A stretch of DNA of 64,000 nucleotides from the human T2T-CHM13v2.0 reference genome, Homo sapiens (GCF_009914755.1 NC_060925.1), one strand, 5' to 3'. Shown: positions 27,460 through 44,234, counted from the first letter of the stretch. Notes: generated by a model not told the origin, from the sequence alone. Translations and numbers: made by a program.

Positions 27460-27850
27460 AAGCCAATAATTGATATTTTTAATTGGTGTGTTGGAAGTTG
27501 GGTTTGAATGGGGCAAGGCCAAGAGGTAGAGAGACAGGTTAGATTACCAGGCAAGAAATGGTAAAGTCTGAGCTGAAACAGAGAAGGAATGGAAAGGAAG
27601 CCTATTTAGGAGGTAAAATCAACAAGATTCTGGTGACAGTGTAGAGGAAAAAGGAACAGAGGGAGGACGTGTTTGGAAACTACTTCGATACTCAGCAAGA
27701 GATGATGTGGACCTGCACTGTGGGAGCAGCGATAGGAGCAGAGAAGAGGGCCAAATTTGGGGAGAGTAAGTGCTGATTGGACAAGTGTGGGAATGGGAGG
27801 AGTGATTGATGATTCCAAGTTTGGGCAACCCAGGAAAATATTACCTTAAT
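27460..27850 (-). mobile_element. L2 fragment
   Basis: atttaggaggtaaaatcaacaaga...gatgattccaagtttgggcaaccc. Confidence 0.55.
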
Positions 27851-28084
27851 TCATAGTTGACAACCTAAATAAAAGTATTCATTGACACAGACCTGTCTAG
27901 AAGTATAGATTCCTGTAGTAAAAAAAAATTCACTTGAGCCTGCCCTGAATCCCCCCTCCTCACCTCACTTTCCACTAAAATCAGTTTTATAAAAGTAACT
28001 TCTGGGATTTATCACTGCTGACAATGCTAGCCTCCAATCCTTTTAGGAGGTGAATGGGATAATAAATAAATGTAAAAAAAAAAA

Positions 28085-28300
28085 TCCCAGGTTCAAATCT
28101 GAATGCTATTTACTAGCTTTGGGAGGACTTTGTATAAGTGACCTAAATTCCATGAGCTTCCATATCTTCATCTGTTAATTGGGTATAATAGCACCTTCCT
28201 CACAGAGATGCTGTGAGGATCAAATGGAAATGATGCAAGTCAAACAGTGCTGTGCCTGGCATGCAGAGAGCCTCAGGACATAGACGCTGTTGTAGGAGGT
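28085..28300 (+). mobile_element. MIR
   Basis: cccaggttcaaatctg...tcttcatctgttaattgggtataatagcacc...gtgcctggcatg. Confidence 0.8.
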
Positions 28301-29644
28301 GCTATTTCACCTCCATATCCAATGGCTGTGGGGAGACAGAGTGGCTCAGCAGTGAAGGTGATATGTGCAGGCCAGCACCCTCTGCCTAGAGAGCACGATG
28401 AAAGAATCATGGCCCTGGAATCAGAAAATCCTCGGTTTAAAGACCTGGGAGGGAGTGACAGTAAGTCAGCCCGAGTGGTGAAGGAAACATTTGGCACTGT
28501 AGTTTTTATTGTGCCTGTCTTCAGATGCATTACCATCAGTGGAAGTGGCAGCTCCACTCGCTTCGAGCCCAGATCTACAGAATCAGCGTTGAATCTACAC
28601 CCACAACAATGTGGTATCAGCATGGAGGATGCTCAGGATTGCATCCAGAATGTTCATGGTGCCGAATAAGAGCTTCTTGGCCACTCTGAACCCCAGGCAA
28701 AACCAGAGGAGCGTGGGTTACAGCTGTCCTGCCACAGCAGTGCTTCACGAGGTTACTTCCTAAGTTTCTCTCTACCAACAAGAGGTCACAGCTCTTTTGT
28801 AGCTGAGAATGGAAAGGATTTTGACATTGTCACATTTAAATACAGTAAGCACTTTCTGCCCCATGGGTTGTTAGCAATGGTGATGCCAAGCATTTAAAGC
28901 TGTTGTGCCTCATCTAGCTAGGCTTCTATAGGGAAACATAAAGGTCTAGCTATATGTACATAGAGAGAAAGACAGAGAGAGGTTAAGAAACCAGATATTT
29001 ATATTTCTGAAATAGGTTAACCCAAGCTTTCAAAAACATATTAAAACTGCCCCCTTCCTCACAAAAAGGCAATACGGCAGTTTTATGATTTTTTTTTGTT
29101 TACTTCTCTTACTAATATGAATTAGCTTGTCACTGTATTTTGTCTGTCCTCAAAGGAGTTACATAGAGTGGACAGTACTAATCACAAGCATGTGTGTTCC
29201 ACAAGCTAGCACTGACTTTTTACATTTGAATTAATTGCTGATATCAACAACTCAAAAATTGCATGTAAAAATCTATTTCTGGCCTCTCTTGAGAAACCAT
29301 ATGAGATTCACCCCCACAGATGTCAATGACCACCTGAAACTGGGAGGTGGCTGGCCCCTGCAGATGGTGGAGTGGGGCATGCCGTGATGCACCCCAGTCC
29401 CTACAGCCTGCCCTATCGCCCAAGTTACTTCTGAGCCTTTATAGGCATGTGAGTAAGGGACACTTATCCACTTTCTGCACCATGTCATGTACAAATAACC
29501 AGCTAACAAGTAATTACGAAGCACCTACTAAATGTCCATTACGGTCCTGGTTGCTCTCTGAGTAGGAAAATTTCAAGAAATTGGGAAAATTCAAAAGTTA
29601 GAAGAAAACTCACCACTATGCTCAAGGCACTTACAGCCTAGTTC

Positions 29645-29943
29645 TGTGCCACCCAATACAATATTCCCTAACCACGTGGGGCTCCGGAGCACTGGAAATG
29701 TAGTTAGTCTGAATCAAGCTGTGCTGTACGTGTAAAATACATGCTGGATTTTAATGATATTTAATGACATTTTAGTGACACTAGATTTTAAAGATATTTT
29801 GAAATGATAATATTTTGATATATTGGGTTAAATGCAATCTGTTATTAAAAATAATTTTATGATTTTTTTTTAGTTTCCAATGTAGATACTAGAAAATTTA
29901 AAATAACGTGTGGTTTGCATTATATTTCTATTGAATAGCATTG
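29645..29943 (-). mobile_element. MER33 (hAT-Charlie)
   Basis: Reverse complement of MER33: tactagaaaatttaaaataacgtgtggtttgcattatatttctattgaatagca. Confidence 0.8.
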
Positions 29944-30229
29944 GTCTTGTTAGTGAATGTATGTTCAGCAAAAATATACCCAAACTCCCAGTAGTTGGGG
30001 TGATATATACATCCTAATGGAAATGGAATATGAATCAAAATAGGTGAAATGTGACTAGATCTGTGTCTAGTACCGCATAGAACCTGGAACTGCAACAAGA
30101 TGTCTGTCCTCTAATCTGATTCTCGACCTTTTCCTTCTGCTTTAACTGACACTTCCTGGTAAAGATGATGGTGAGATGGAGAATGGGAAGGAGGAGGTAG
30201 CAAGGTTTAGGATTTCAAGACTGCTGGGA

Positions 30230-30680
30230 AGTTGTGTTTGCTTGGGTCCTGTAAGAAGCAAATGCCAACTTGGGCTTAAATGCACATGGGTTTTTATTAG
30301 GGAAAATGCTTGTGGGAAAGAAAATAGGGAGAGACCCAGAGAAGGCAGGGAGAGTAAGTCTAAGCCCTCAGAAGGAGAGAGGGAGAGAAAGTTGAGTGGA
30401 AGCATCCCAGGCTGCTGTGCAGCCTAAGGCAGGTTCAGCAAAGCATGGGAGAGACCCAGGGACAAAGTCGGAGGAATCCTGTGTCTCCCAGGAATGGGGT
30501 GCCTTAGTATCCCTACTGCACTCAGTCATTGGCTGGGAGTAGCCTATGGGAAGTGTGGCCTCTGCAGACGCACAGCAACGGGTTTCAGGGCACAGTAACC
30601 TGGGGCCCTGGGTCCTGTGTGTTCTCCCTAGTTGGAGGTCAGCCAATGCATTCTCAGCAGCTGCAGGAGCCATCTATGGT
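30230..30680 (-). mobile_element. Old MLT1 (H/I/J-like) LTR
   Basis: gggtcctgtaagaagcaaatgcc...ctgcactcagtcattggctgggagtagcc. Confidence 0.7.
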
Positions 30681-31303
30681 ATCCAGTGGTCAAACTAGAA
30701 AACGCATGAGAATATTCCCTGCAAAAGAGCAAAGACTGAAAGTGGCCACCACTTTCTCTCATCCTTAGGATACCAGTATCTTTACCTGCCCACCTAGGTC
30801 TTATGGTTCATCCTTCATTTATTTGCATGGCTCCCCTCTGAAAACTATAAAGAAATATATATGTACCTAAAGAAAAAAGAGTAACTCCAAAATATATTAA
30901 TTATAGTATACGTTGAAGTGCTAAATGAGTTTACAGCGAGCAGAATAGGGGTTTGAACTAAAAATCTTAAAAGTCACTTCCAATTCCAACAGCTATACTT
31001 CTTTAACTATTTTCAGGGAAATACTCTCAAAGGCATCAACTCCTTTTTCAATAACTGGTTTTTTTTCTGTCTATACTAAAGTAAAATGTACTCTTTATAG
31101 AAACTTTGAAATTTAGAGAAAATGTATTTTAAAGAGAAATCACCCCAAATCCTACCACATAAAACTTATCATTAACATTTTATTTTTCCAAAGCACACTT
31201 GTATCTATTTTAACTTGATCATAGTATAGATACAATTTTACATATTCTTTTGTAGTATAATGTATCATAAACATTTCCCCATATCATTAAAAATTCCTTA
31301 ACA

Positions 31304-31897
<594 letters not shown>

Positions 31898-31899
31898 CA

Positions 31900-33230
<1,331 letters not shown>

Positions 33231-33246
33231 AAATTAGGATTTTGGC

Positions 33247-33550
33247 TTTTTTTTTTTTTTTTTTTGTCTGAGACAGAGTTTCACTCTTGTTGTCCAGACT
33301 GGAGTGCGATGGCACAATCTCGGTTCACTCAACCTACACCTCTGGGGTTAAGCGATTCTCCTGCCTCAGCCTCCCAAGTAACTGGGATTACAGGCATGCA
33401 CCATGAGGCCTGGCTAATTTTTGTATTTTTGGTAGAGACTGGGTTTCACCACGTTAGGCAGGCTGGTCTCAAACTCCTAACCTTAGGTGACCCACTTGCC
33501 TCGACCTCCCAAAGTGCTGGGATTACAGGTGTGAGCCACTGCACCCAGCC
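33247..33550 (-). mobile_element. AluS
   Basis: Full antisense dimer. Confidence 0.94.
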
Positions 33551-34656
33551 AAATTAGGGTATTTTTGATGTCTCCCCAATAATAATATAATCCTTACTCA
33601 CCAGCATTACAGTTCTTTCTAGTGGGACAGACTGGTGGGAGCTGTATGGAATCACAGCATGGAGTAACAGAAGTGCTGGGTGGTGGCTGCCAAGGTTCCT
33701 ATGCGTTGGTGTCCATGAGGCCTGGCCATTGTGGTTTCTGTTTTTGAATTTCAAGAAGGACCCTGCTTCCCGTGATGCTGCAGAGAGTAATTACGGTAAT
33801 TCTTTCTGGTCCCTCTGACTCAAGCCAGTATGATTAAGCCTCTATTCCTCACAATTAAAAAAAAAAAGCCTAATTGAAACACCATGTACATTCTTTAGGG
33901 CTGAAAGAGGGTCCAGTTCATATCAGATAAGCTCAAACATGGGTCTCTAAGGAGGCAAGCAGCCCTAGCCGACCGGGAGACCTCTACTGAGTAGCAGCTC
34001 CAAGGAGATGTTGCATAGCTGGACCAGGCCTTCTCCCCCAGGAGTTCTCCCATGGTGACAGGGCCTGGCACTGCCTTGGGATCTGAATTCTGAGCTTTGC
34101 TGTCTGGTACACTTCCAAACGGATTTAGTAAGTACCTATTCCCCCCTCCCTGGTTATAGTAGCTCCAGCCCCTCTAGCCACAGTTACAGGAAGATTCTGC
34201 TGCAAACCTCCTTCTCTGGCTCTTTGGGTCTTTCTTTTGCATTTGGTGAATTGAGAGTTTTCCTTCTTTTCTTTCAAATGCATTGCACTTCATTGAAAGA
34301 GAGTATCTAATACATATTTTGTGGATTGCTTTGGAATGTGGTAGCACCTCAATTGAGTTTCTAGGATGGTCACAAATGTCCCCCTATTGTTTTAATTCCT
34401 TTAAGAGTGGATTTTGAGGGAACATGGGCGAGTTAAGCCTTTGTGTTCCAATTACCATCATGAGTTGAAGATTACTTTTCCTGGTCTAATTCCTTTTTTC
34501 TCATTTTAAACTAAAAAGTTTTCAGTTTAAAATAAAACCTCTTTATTGAATCTGCCCAAGTAATTAAGGGAAGAAAAGTACAATGAATAGGCATCAGTTG
34601 GTAGAAATACTAGGACATTTTTAATAGCTGAAATGAAACATATTAAATATAATTAC

Positions 34657-34951
<295 letters not shown>

Positions 34952-35281
34952 TCAATTTTTTTCTTTGTACCTTCTTTATTCTCTCTCTTCTCCCTTGTCA
35001 TTTCATGTCAGGATACCTAATGGGTGATATTAGGAGTAAATAACTCATTCAATAAACACATTTGGAGCCCCACAATTTGTAAAACTTTGAGCAAAGAATT
35101 GTAGGACATGCAAAGGGTAACTGAGTACTGGCTGTAGCAACTGCCATCGTAAAATTGTAAACTTCCACAGGACAGCACATTAAAAAAATGCTCAACATGA
35201 TTCATTATTAGGGAAATGTATTTGAAAACTATAAAGAGCTACCATTTCACATCCACTAGGATAGCTGGAATAAAAAAGTCA

Positions 35282-35574
35282 GGCCAGGCACAGAGGCTCA
35301 CGCCTGTAATCCCAGCACTTTGGGAGGCCGAGGCGGGCAGATCACCTGAGGTCGGTGGTTCGGGACCAGCCTGGCCAACATGGTGAAACTCCATCTCTAC
35401 TAAAAATACAAAAATTAGCCTGGCAGGGTGGCATGCCCTATAGTCCCAGCTACTCGGGAGGCTGAGAATTGCCTGAACCTGGGAGGCAGAAGTTGTAGTG
35501 AGCGAAGATCATGCCACTGCACTCCAGCCTGGGTGACAGAGTGAAACTTGGTCTCAAAAAAAAAAAAAAAAAAA
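35282..35574 (+). mobile_element. AluS inserted in an L1ME fragment (~35180-35740)
   Basis: Full dimer; TSD aaaaagtca. Confidence 0.94.
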
Positions 35575-36969
35575 GTCAGGCAATAAAATTGTGAGGATGC
35601 AGAGAAATGGGAGCTATTCTATGCTTTGGAGTGATAGGAATGTCCCAAAATTAGATGGTGGTGATGGTTGCACAGTCATGTAAGTATATTAAACACCACT
35701 GAATTGTGTAATTTACAAAATACATATCTGCTGTGTATTAGTCAGAATTATAATGAATAAACCAAATTTCTGAGGTTTTCAAAAAACCTCGAAACTTTAA
35801 CAAGAGATGAAGAGGGGAAGAGCTCCATTCTAACAAGGGAAATTTTGGAAAGCTTCTCAGAACAAACAGCATTTAAGCCAGATCTCAAGGAACAAGGGTT
35901 AACATGATAGCCATTTACAAAACACCTGTATCTGTTCTGTAAGTGTGCAGAGTACCAGGTCTTTATTTCAAATTCTCCGTCTACATAATATGTTCTCTTT
36001 GTTGCAGATGAAGACCATCAGAGAGGTCAAGGTGGCTTGCCCATGGCCAGAGAGCTAATGAGTGTCAGGGAAAGAGTGAGATTGGCTGAGAGGCAGCTCC
36101 TGAATTGTGTAGGGGTTTGAGTAGTCTACGCAGAGGGAAGGATAAGTGCAAGGGTGAAGGGGTAGAAAACAGCAGAATATGGATGGGAACCAGCAAGGCA
36201 GCCAGGTGATTGGGCTATTTGTCCAGTTAGTGTTTGGAACCAGGGATCTGTCTGAAAAAGTAGGCAGGAGCCAATTTATGGAAGGTTTTGCATGCATGAT
36301 GGAAAAGTTTAGGCTTCATTTTAAACTCTTCCAGGAGCTGGGACTTTTAAGCTGGAACAGATCTATGCTTTAGAGACAGGGCTTTAGCAGCAAGGATGAT
36401 GCACAACCACAGAGCCTAATGTCAAGACAACTGGTTAAGAATCCAGGATAGAGAGACTGAGGTCTGGGCTAGGGTTGCAGAGCTAAACAAGGAGGAAAGG
36501 AGGAAGCTGATAAAACCATCATTTCAAATTGGTGCAAGCATTTTAAGTGTTTACATTCCTTTCCATTAACATTTGGCACTGCGAATAAGGTGAAATGACG
36601 TTCTTCATCAACAGCGTTATTTTGGACCAAGGACTGATTTAATTAAACTGAGTGCTGATGCATGGAAATACTATCCTGTCCTAAACCTTCTAGCCCTCTT
36701 TGCTCTGTTATAGGCTCCTACCTCATGAGGTTAATAGTCTTCTGGCTAGGAGAAGCGAGGGGGAGCTTCTGTTAGCCAGTAGGTGGCATGGTCTGAGAAC
36801 GTTAATCCCCTTTTCCTTGTCCTGGCCCCTCACATGTCATAAAGACTACACCCACGCAGGAGAAGGTGAAAAGTATACTGCAGATATCTATCATTCAGCA
36901 GATTCCAGGAGATAAATTGTTCACTTCTATACCCAGAGTCACAAAGGTTTAGAGGCCACCATCAGTTTG

Positions 36970-37190
36970 GGGTAGTGGTTTAGTACCAGGCTTAAGAGCA
37001 AATCCCAGCTCTGCCACTTATAGCTGGGCACCCTTGGCTTTGCTCTACTTACTTAACCTTGCTGTTCCTTGGATTTCATATCTGGAAAATAGAGATAATA
37101 ATAATAACATCTTCATAGCACTGTTGGGAGGCTTAAATCAGTTTAAACAGGCAGTAAAGATTAGAAAACTGCTTAATACACTAATATCCA
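36970..37190 (+). mobile_element. MIR
   Basis: aaatcccagctctgccacttatagctgg...ttacttaacctt...tctggaaaatagagataata. Confidence 0.75.
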
Positions 37191-37481
37191 AAAACTATTT
37201 GAAATTCTTCTTTTGGGGCTTTCCAATCCCTTCCTTTCTCCTTTTTATAATACAATCTTGAAATAATAGTTTGCTTATATCTCTATGGTAGCAATATTTT
37301 CCATTCACTCTTAAGATAACTTGATTCTCAACAATTGCATCTGAAATCAGACCATAGTATCAGAACCAGTATAGCTTTTGAAAACTGTAGTGTAATCCAT
37401 GCTAAAGACTTACTAGCTGCTTTAAGGGTTCTTGCTTCATTATGATGAAGAAAACTGCAACTTTACTCCCTGTGTTTATCT

Positions 37482-37797
37482 ATCTATCTATTTATCTATT
37501 TATTTATTATTTGAGATGGAGTCTCACTCTGTTGCCCGGGCTCTAATGCAGTGGCTCGAACATGGCTCACTGTAGCCTTGACCTCCAAGGCTCAAACAAT
37601 CCTCCAACTCAGCCTCCCAAGTAGCTAGGACTACAGGTAGGTGCATGCCACCACACCTGGCTAATTTTTAAATTTTTTATAGAGATGAAGTCTCCCTATA
37701 TTGCTCAGGCTGATCTTAAACTCCTGAGCTCAAGCAATCCATCCACCTCAGCCTCCCAAAGTGCTGAGATTACAGGCGTGAGCCACCACACCCAGCC
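37482..37797 (-). mobile_element. AluJ
   Basis: Antisense dimer; TSD tgtgtttatct. Confidence 0.93.
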
Positions 37798-38540
37798 TGT
37801 GTTTATCTTTTCAATACTGTTTCACTTTCTGAAAAGGATAGGGGAAGGAGAGGACATTTTCAAAGAGGTAAAGCTGAGAAAGAGATGAAAAATAATGTGG
37901 TTTTGTTTTTTTGTTTCTTCTCACTCTCTATTTCCTTTTAGCCACATCCTTCTTGCTGTGTCATGGTTGCTGAAATTTCTGGATGTCAATATTTGCTTTC
38001 TATCTCCACTAAGAGGAATGCACATAGTAACTTAATTGATTGATCCATCAACTTCCAAAGGTATATTGAGCCTGAGCCCTGTGAGAACAACAAGGTCTCC
38101 TGTTTTCATAGAGCTTATAGTTGATTGGAGAGACAGGGCCAGTGTGTGAAATAACAATACTATTAGCATGTATAAGCTGGCAGCGGAATAATACTCTAAG
38201 CAGGTATCAGTAAGGGCCGGATGACTTGAGCGTCTGGGGATTCATCAGTTATACCCACAGTGGTGGGGCTGTCAAGTAGCCTGGGAGAAAAGAGCTCTAC
38301 ACTGGAATGCTAACTTCAATATCTGGGTGAAACAAAGGCCAGAAAGCAAAAATGGGGGGAAGCCGGCAACCTTGAGAGGCTCTGCTGACCGCTTAATAGT
38401 ATCTGGATTTACCTTCCCTCTGCCTCATTTTGAGTCTTACTCTGGTGATGGGCTCTTACACTCCTTACTTCAAGGGAAAATGTTCCATGTTCTCATCTTC
38501 TATCTACCCAACTCTTGAAAACGACATAAAAGAGAATACA

Positions 38541-38963
<423 letters not shown>

Positions 38964-39190
38964 TCACACATCATTGAAAGACCAATTAGAACCATTAGCA
39001 AGTTGTTAGCACTGACTTTAAACTCTGCTCTGATTTAGCCTGGAACCATCCAGAAGGAGCTGCGTCACCATAAGTGGCACCATTATAAAATAAAAATGCA
39101 TAGACCGCCCTCCATTCACAGCTGCTTATTGGGTCCTTTACTTGTGTGTGTGCTGTGGTATCCCCAAAGGAAGATTTTAAACACCCCCCA

Positions 39191-39191
<1 letters not shown>

Positions 39192-39234
<43 letters not shown>
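39192..39234. repeat. (CA)n microsatellite
   Basis: Directly visible. Confidence 0.98.
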
Positions 39235-39239
<5 letters not shown>

Positions 39240-39447
39240 CAAGCCTGGTGGAGCTAATGTAAAAGATGTGGAAGATCCCTAACAGTGTAAGGCTGTAGAA
39301 GATCCTGGATACTTCAAAAGTTCAGAAACTCAGAAGCTGAGATCACTCACTTAGGAGTTAGGGTTTGAGCCTGGTCTTGAAAGATGAGTAAAACTGAGGC
39401 AGAAAAACAGAGGAGATTGAAGAGAAAACATACTTCTTAACAGTTAA

Positions 39448-39811
<364 letters not shown>

Positions 39812-40264
39812 CTAATGAAAATCAACTACTTTACCTTGCACTCATGACTTCACCCCTCCGTGCCTCTGTTTCCACATCTGCATGGGAATGATGATAATAT
39901 TAGCATCTATCTGAGTGTGTTGTCAGGAAGATGAGTTAGTTTGTATTATGAATTACATGATGCCATGCTTGACATACAGCAGACAACCAGTGTTAGCTGT
40001 GATTGCATGGAGCAAATGGAAAGAAAGCACATTTCAGAGTAGTCTTCAGCTTAGGGTCACTTATTTTTGAATGTCTCTGCCAAAGCTACTTTTGAACTTG
40101 ATTATTCAGAAAAATTAACTTTATGGGAAAACCTTTAAAAAATAAACCACATAAAATGAATTCATTTAGATTTAGATGAGAAGTTATAGGAGAGTGGTGT
40201 GTTGCTTTTACTATCTTTTAAACAATCATATATTTTCCTTGACAATCAATGATAAAGGGAACCT

Positions 40265-40605
40265 ATTGTCTTGGTGGGTTCAGGCTGCTGTAACGAAACA
40301 CCATAGACTGCACGGTTTAAACAAAAGATATTCATTTCTCACAGGTCTGGAGGCTTAAAGTCCAAGACCGTGATGCCAGCCTGCTCAGGTTCTTGGTAGA
40401 AACCCTCTTCCTGGCTTAGATGGCTGTCTTCTTGCTGTGTTCTCATATGCGGGTGGGAGGGAACAAGCTGTCTGGCTTTTCTTATCAATGCACTAATCCT
40501 ATCATGAGGACCCCACTCTCAAATTGTCAAACTCCAATTGCCTCCTAAAGACCTCACATTCTAATACCAACACATTGAGGGTTAGGGCTTCAAACATTCA
40601 GTTTG
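40265..40605 (-). mobile_element. MLT1A-like MaLR LTR
   Basis: caggctgctgtaacgaaacaccatagactg...tctggaggc...cactaatcctatcatgagg...aaacattcagt. Confidence 0.85.
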
Positions 40606-41406
40606 GCCTACAAAAGCCCATGGAAGGGCATATCATATTTAAAAGAAAAAGAAGAAAGAAATAATTCAAACCATTATGTTATGTACAGTCCTACAGATGC
40701 AAGTCTTTATCAGCTAAAGCTTTAGGACTAAGAGAAAATTGATAATGAGACTGGTGCCTTTGAAGATTAAAATGTAACTTTTCTGGGCAAAAAGAATATT
40801 AAATTTTTGGAAAATCATATTTAGAGTGTTTGAAGATATGGAATCCAGAGATTCTGGTGGTGTGGAAGGGTGATGCAACCAGGGGGAAAAAAATCATGTT
40901 CTTCATTCTTTTTATGTAAATATGCTTATAGTCATCTTACTAATTATAAATAGCTACAGAGATTATTCTGTGATAAAATGTCTAGTAGATTTAGCTTGTG
41001 CACACCAAGCAGATTTGCAATTTGTGGCCACTCCTGTTGCACAGTTAGTGAGTTGGTGTGCATACCAATGCCCGATGTGCCTCTCCAGCACCTTAGTGGC
41101 CAACCTGTCTGTCCCCTCCCCTCCCATTTTGTTCTTCTCTCCCTCCTTTCCTTCTGCAGCCCCTATAGAAGTCCCCAGTCCCACTGCCCCTGCTGTGGCC
41201 AGGTGCAGGGAAGTGTGTGTTGGTGGTGATGGGAGTCTCCCTCTCACCTCTTCTAAATTTGTGGGGGAGGGGAGCAGAGGTGTCCCGGGGATCCCAGGTA
41301 AAATGAGGAACATTTCACATTGAAGCAATGTTTATCAAAGCAGTTAATTTCTATAGAAATTCCAGCACCAGAGAGAGTAGGTTTACTCAAAAGCAAATGG
41401 GGCTTA

Positions 41407-41569
41407 GACCTTCATTTACATGAGCCCAATCAAGGGGTTTTTGTACTTTTGTCTTTCTTACATTGAAGGTAGCTCCCCAAATTGTTTCACGACCTTCATT
41501 TACATTAGCCTCTCCTAAGGGGTTTTAGTACTTTTGTCTTTTTTAATCTTGAAGGTGGCTCCCCAAATT
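41407..41569 (+). repeat. Tandem duplication, two units of ~84 bp
   Basis: gaccttcatttacat...aaggggtttt...tacttttgtcttt...gaaggt(a/g)gctccccaaatt starting at 41407 and 41491. Confidence 0.9.
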
Positions 41570-42252
41570 TTAAGTGCTTCAAGTCCCACAAAATCTGGAT
41601 TGTCTCTGGTCAGCATGGTCATTTAATTGTGGGATTCCTTCCATGGGCTTTTGTAGGCTATCCTGAGAACCTTACTACTGTATAAAATGTTGCTTCTGTG
41701 GAGCAGTTTCTATGAGAAACAAACAACACTTACAACACATATACAATCTTTTCTTGTATTGGTAAATTGTCTGATCTCTAACTAGGTACTTAATAAATGT
41801 TTGTTGATTGAATGATGATGAAATAAATGAAGGGAAAACAGACAAACTTGAGGCACTTATTGAATGCTTTTCTCTAGATGGTGGAATTATGATTTTCATT
41901 TTCTTTGTACTTAGCTTTTTTCAAATGTTGAAAATTTCCACAATGGACCTGTATTATCTTGAGTAATCTAAACCTAGCTTTAAAAGTTCGTAGTATAGAT
42001 GTTCTTTCATCTACACATGTATGAAGTGCTTCTTCTGTGGCCTTCGGTTAGTTCTAAGGATATCAAGCCAAGCAAACCCCATAGCCTTGCCCTCAAGAAA
42101 TCTACAGTACCAAGCACTGTCTGAGCCCTGAAGGGGTACACAGGTCAACATCACAGAGCTCTGTCTATTCAGGGTGGTCTATGTAGATGAGAGAAGGAAA
42201 AAGGAGGGGGAAGAACAAAACTTATTGTGCTCAAAGATCCTTTTATATGGAT

Positions 42253-42253
<1 letters not shown>

Positions 42254-42290
<37 letters not shown>
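42254..42290. repeat. (CA)n microsatellite
   Basis: Directly visible. Confidence 0.98.
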
Positions 42291-42292
<2 letters not shown>

Positions 42293-42479
42293 CTCAGTTA
42301 TGTATTTATTTCATTTTACCACAGGCAAAAGTTTCAGGCAGGGCGTAAAAACCCAAGGGAAGAGTGGACTACATTTGAATAAATCCATCAGCTGTGTCCA
42401 TTCTCCTCCCTAACTTTTCAGAAGGAATGGAAAGAGAATAAAATTCTACCAAATTTGAGTTTAAAATAATCAAGTCTGA

Positions 42480-42730
42480 AACAATAGCTTCTATTTATTG
42501 AGTTCTCACCCATGTGTCAGGCACTATGCAAAGTGTTTTACATGCATTGCCACCTCGTTTTATTTTCTTTTTACTTTCACAAGCTTATGAGGTAGGAACG
42601 ATCATTATCAATGCCTTTACAGATGAGGAAAGAAAGAAGAAATGAAACAAGTCACCAGTGGTGAAAGGGATGGGGCTGGCTGCCCCTGATTGAAATCTCA
42701 ATTTATCTACCCTCCCTTCTTAACCGCTCC
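42480..42730 (-). mobile_element. MIR
   Basis: atttattgag...gtgtcaggcactatgcaaagtgttttacatgcatt...tttacagatgaggaaa. Confidence 0.8.
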
Positions 42731-42841
42731 TTTCCAAGAGGCTAGACTACAAAAAATTTGGGCTCCAAGAAGTATGAACCAGAATATGGATATTTTGTAA
42801 AAATGGAATGTAAGTTGAGGTTCCTGAACAATGTGATGTTA

Positions 42842-42990
42842 GGCAGGGTGCGGTGGAATTGGCCTGTAGTCCCAGCTACTTGGGAGGCTGAGATGGGGAA
42901 GATCCCTTGAGGAGGATCTCTTGGGTTCAGGAGTTCGAATCCAGCCTTGGCAGCAGACCCCATCCCTGAAAACAATAAAAATTAAAACAA
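42842..42990 (+). mobile_element. FLAM/FAM-type Alu monomer
   Basis: Single monomer gcctgtagtcccagctacttgggaggctgag...caggagttcgaatccagcc with A-rich tail. Confidence 0.8.
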
Positions 42991-43994
42991 CAACAGTGGG
43001 ATACTAGTCTTTTAATTTGAAAAAAAAAGGGGTGGAGAAAGGGAAAACCAGTTTTCAAAAAAGGCCAATTTCCTAGACATTAGTGGTTGATTACTAACTC
43101 ATTTCATTAAACTAAATTATGAATTGGCTTTTCTCGTCAGTGTCACCACTCTGATGGCGTTCTTTTCCATTTTCCATCTTCACCCTGGCCGAATGTGGGA
43201 AATGATCTGGTTTGTGCATAATCCGCGAGGCCCAGGGAGGATCTTTTGCCCCTATTGTTTTCTTGGGTGTTCTCACTCTGGGGGCCTGACATTCCTCGCG
43301 TGTCTAAGGCAATGAGGGAGCAGTGAAGCGCGGGGAAGCCGCACAAAAGACATCCAAAGGCTATCAATGGAAAAAGATCAATTAGGTGCACACAAGAAAC
43401 ACCCAATATGCCAGGGAAGAGAAAAATACCCTTTTCCAGAGGGTGGGAAATTGATTGAGCTTCTGTGAGGGTCCACAAAGAACTGGACGGATGCAGTGGT
43501 GGATGGCGATCTCTCTGGACCACTCCGGACGCGCCCAGCAGACGCAGCCTACGCCTTTAGGTCCTAGGAGGCTGAGAAGGGTGGGGAGAGGGGGGCAGCA
43601 CGATCTTGTGTCTTTCCTCCCCGTGCCGCCTCTACCGAATCGCGGATGCTTCATTAATCTTGCAGGCGCCGCAGCTCGGGTCAGTATGGAGGCGGATCGG
43701 TGGCAGAGCCCGGGCCTCTGGGCTGCGCCCGCCCGTTCAGCCTGGCCCGGGAGGGGAGCGGCCGCGCGGTGGGCCAAAGACGCCCGGCCTTCCCTCCGTC
43801 TGCTTCCAGCAGGCACAGCCGGGAGGCTGGGCTCAGGGGCTGACCCGAATCTCCCCTAGAGCTGGGCCCACCCGGCTGCCCCCCGAGCAGCCTCGCCGCT
43901 CCCACGCCACCGCCCAAGTGACAGGCCCGGGAAGGCCGGACGGGACGCAGTCTTCCCGCCGGGGTCTTCCCTCCGGCTGGCCGGCCGCTGCAGG

Positions 43995-44031
43995 GCGCGC
44001 GCGCACACACGTACACACACACACACACCTG

Positions 44032-44062
<31 letters not shown>
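43995..44062. repeat. (GC)n(AC)n alternating purine-pyrimidine tract in the promoter
   Basis: gcgcgcgcgcacacacgtacacacac...cacacac. Confidence 0.95.
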
Positions 44063-44065
<3 letters not shown>

Positions 44066-44234
44066 CGCCTCCTTCCCGCCCCGCAGCCCTAGCAGCCCCC
44101 AACCCGCTCCCCAGCGCGCTGCGCCCCGGCGGCCTCCGCAGGCCCCGCCCCGGGGAGGAGAGCCAGGCGCGCGCGGGAGCTAGGCTCGGGGAGGGGCCGG
44201 CGGTGGGGGAGTGTCTGCTGCCCCCGCCCCTCGA

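Noticed and set aside
28247-28669. 140-aa ORF
   Set aside because: GTG start, overlaps MIR fragments, no splice or homology support
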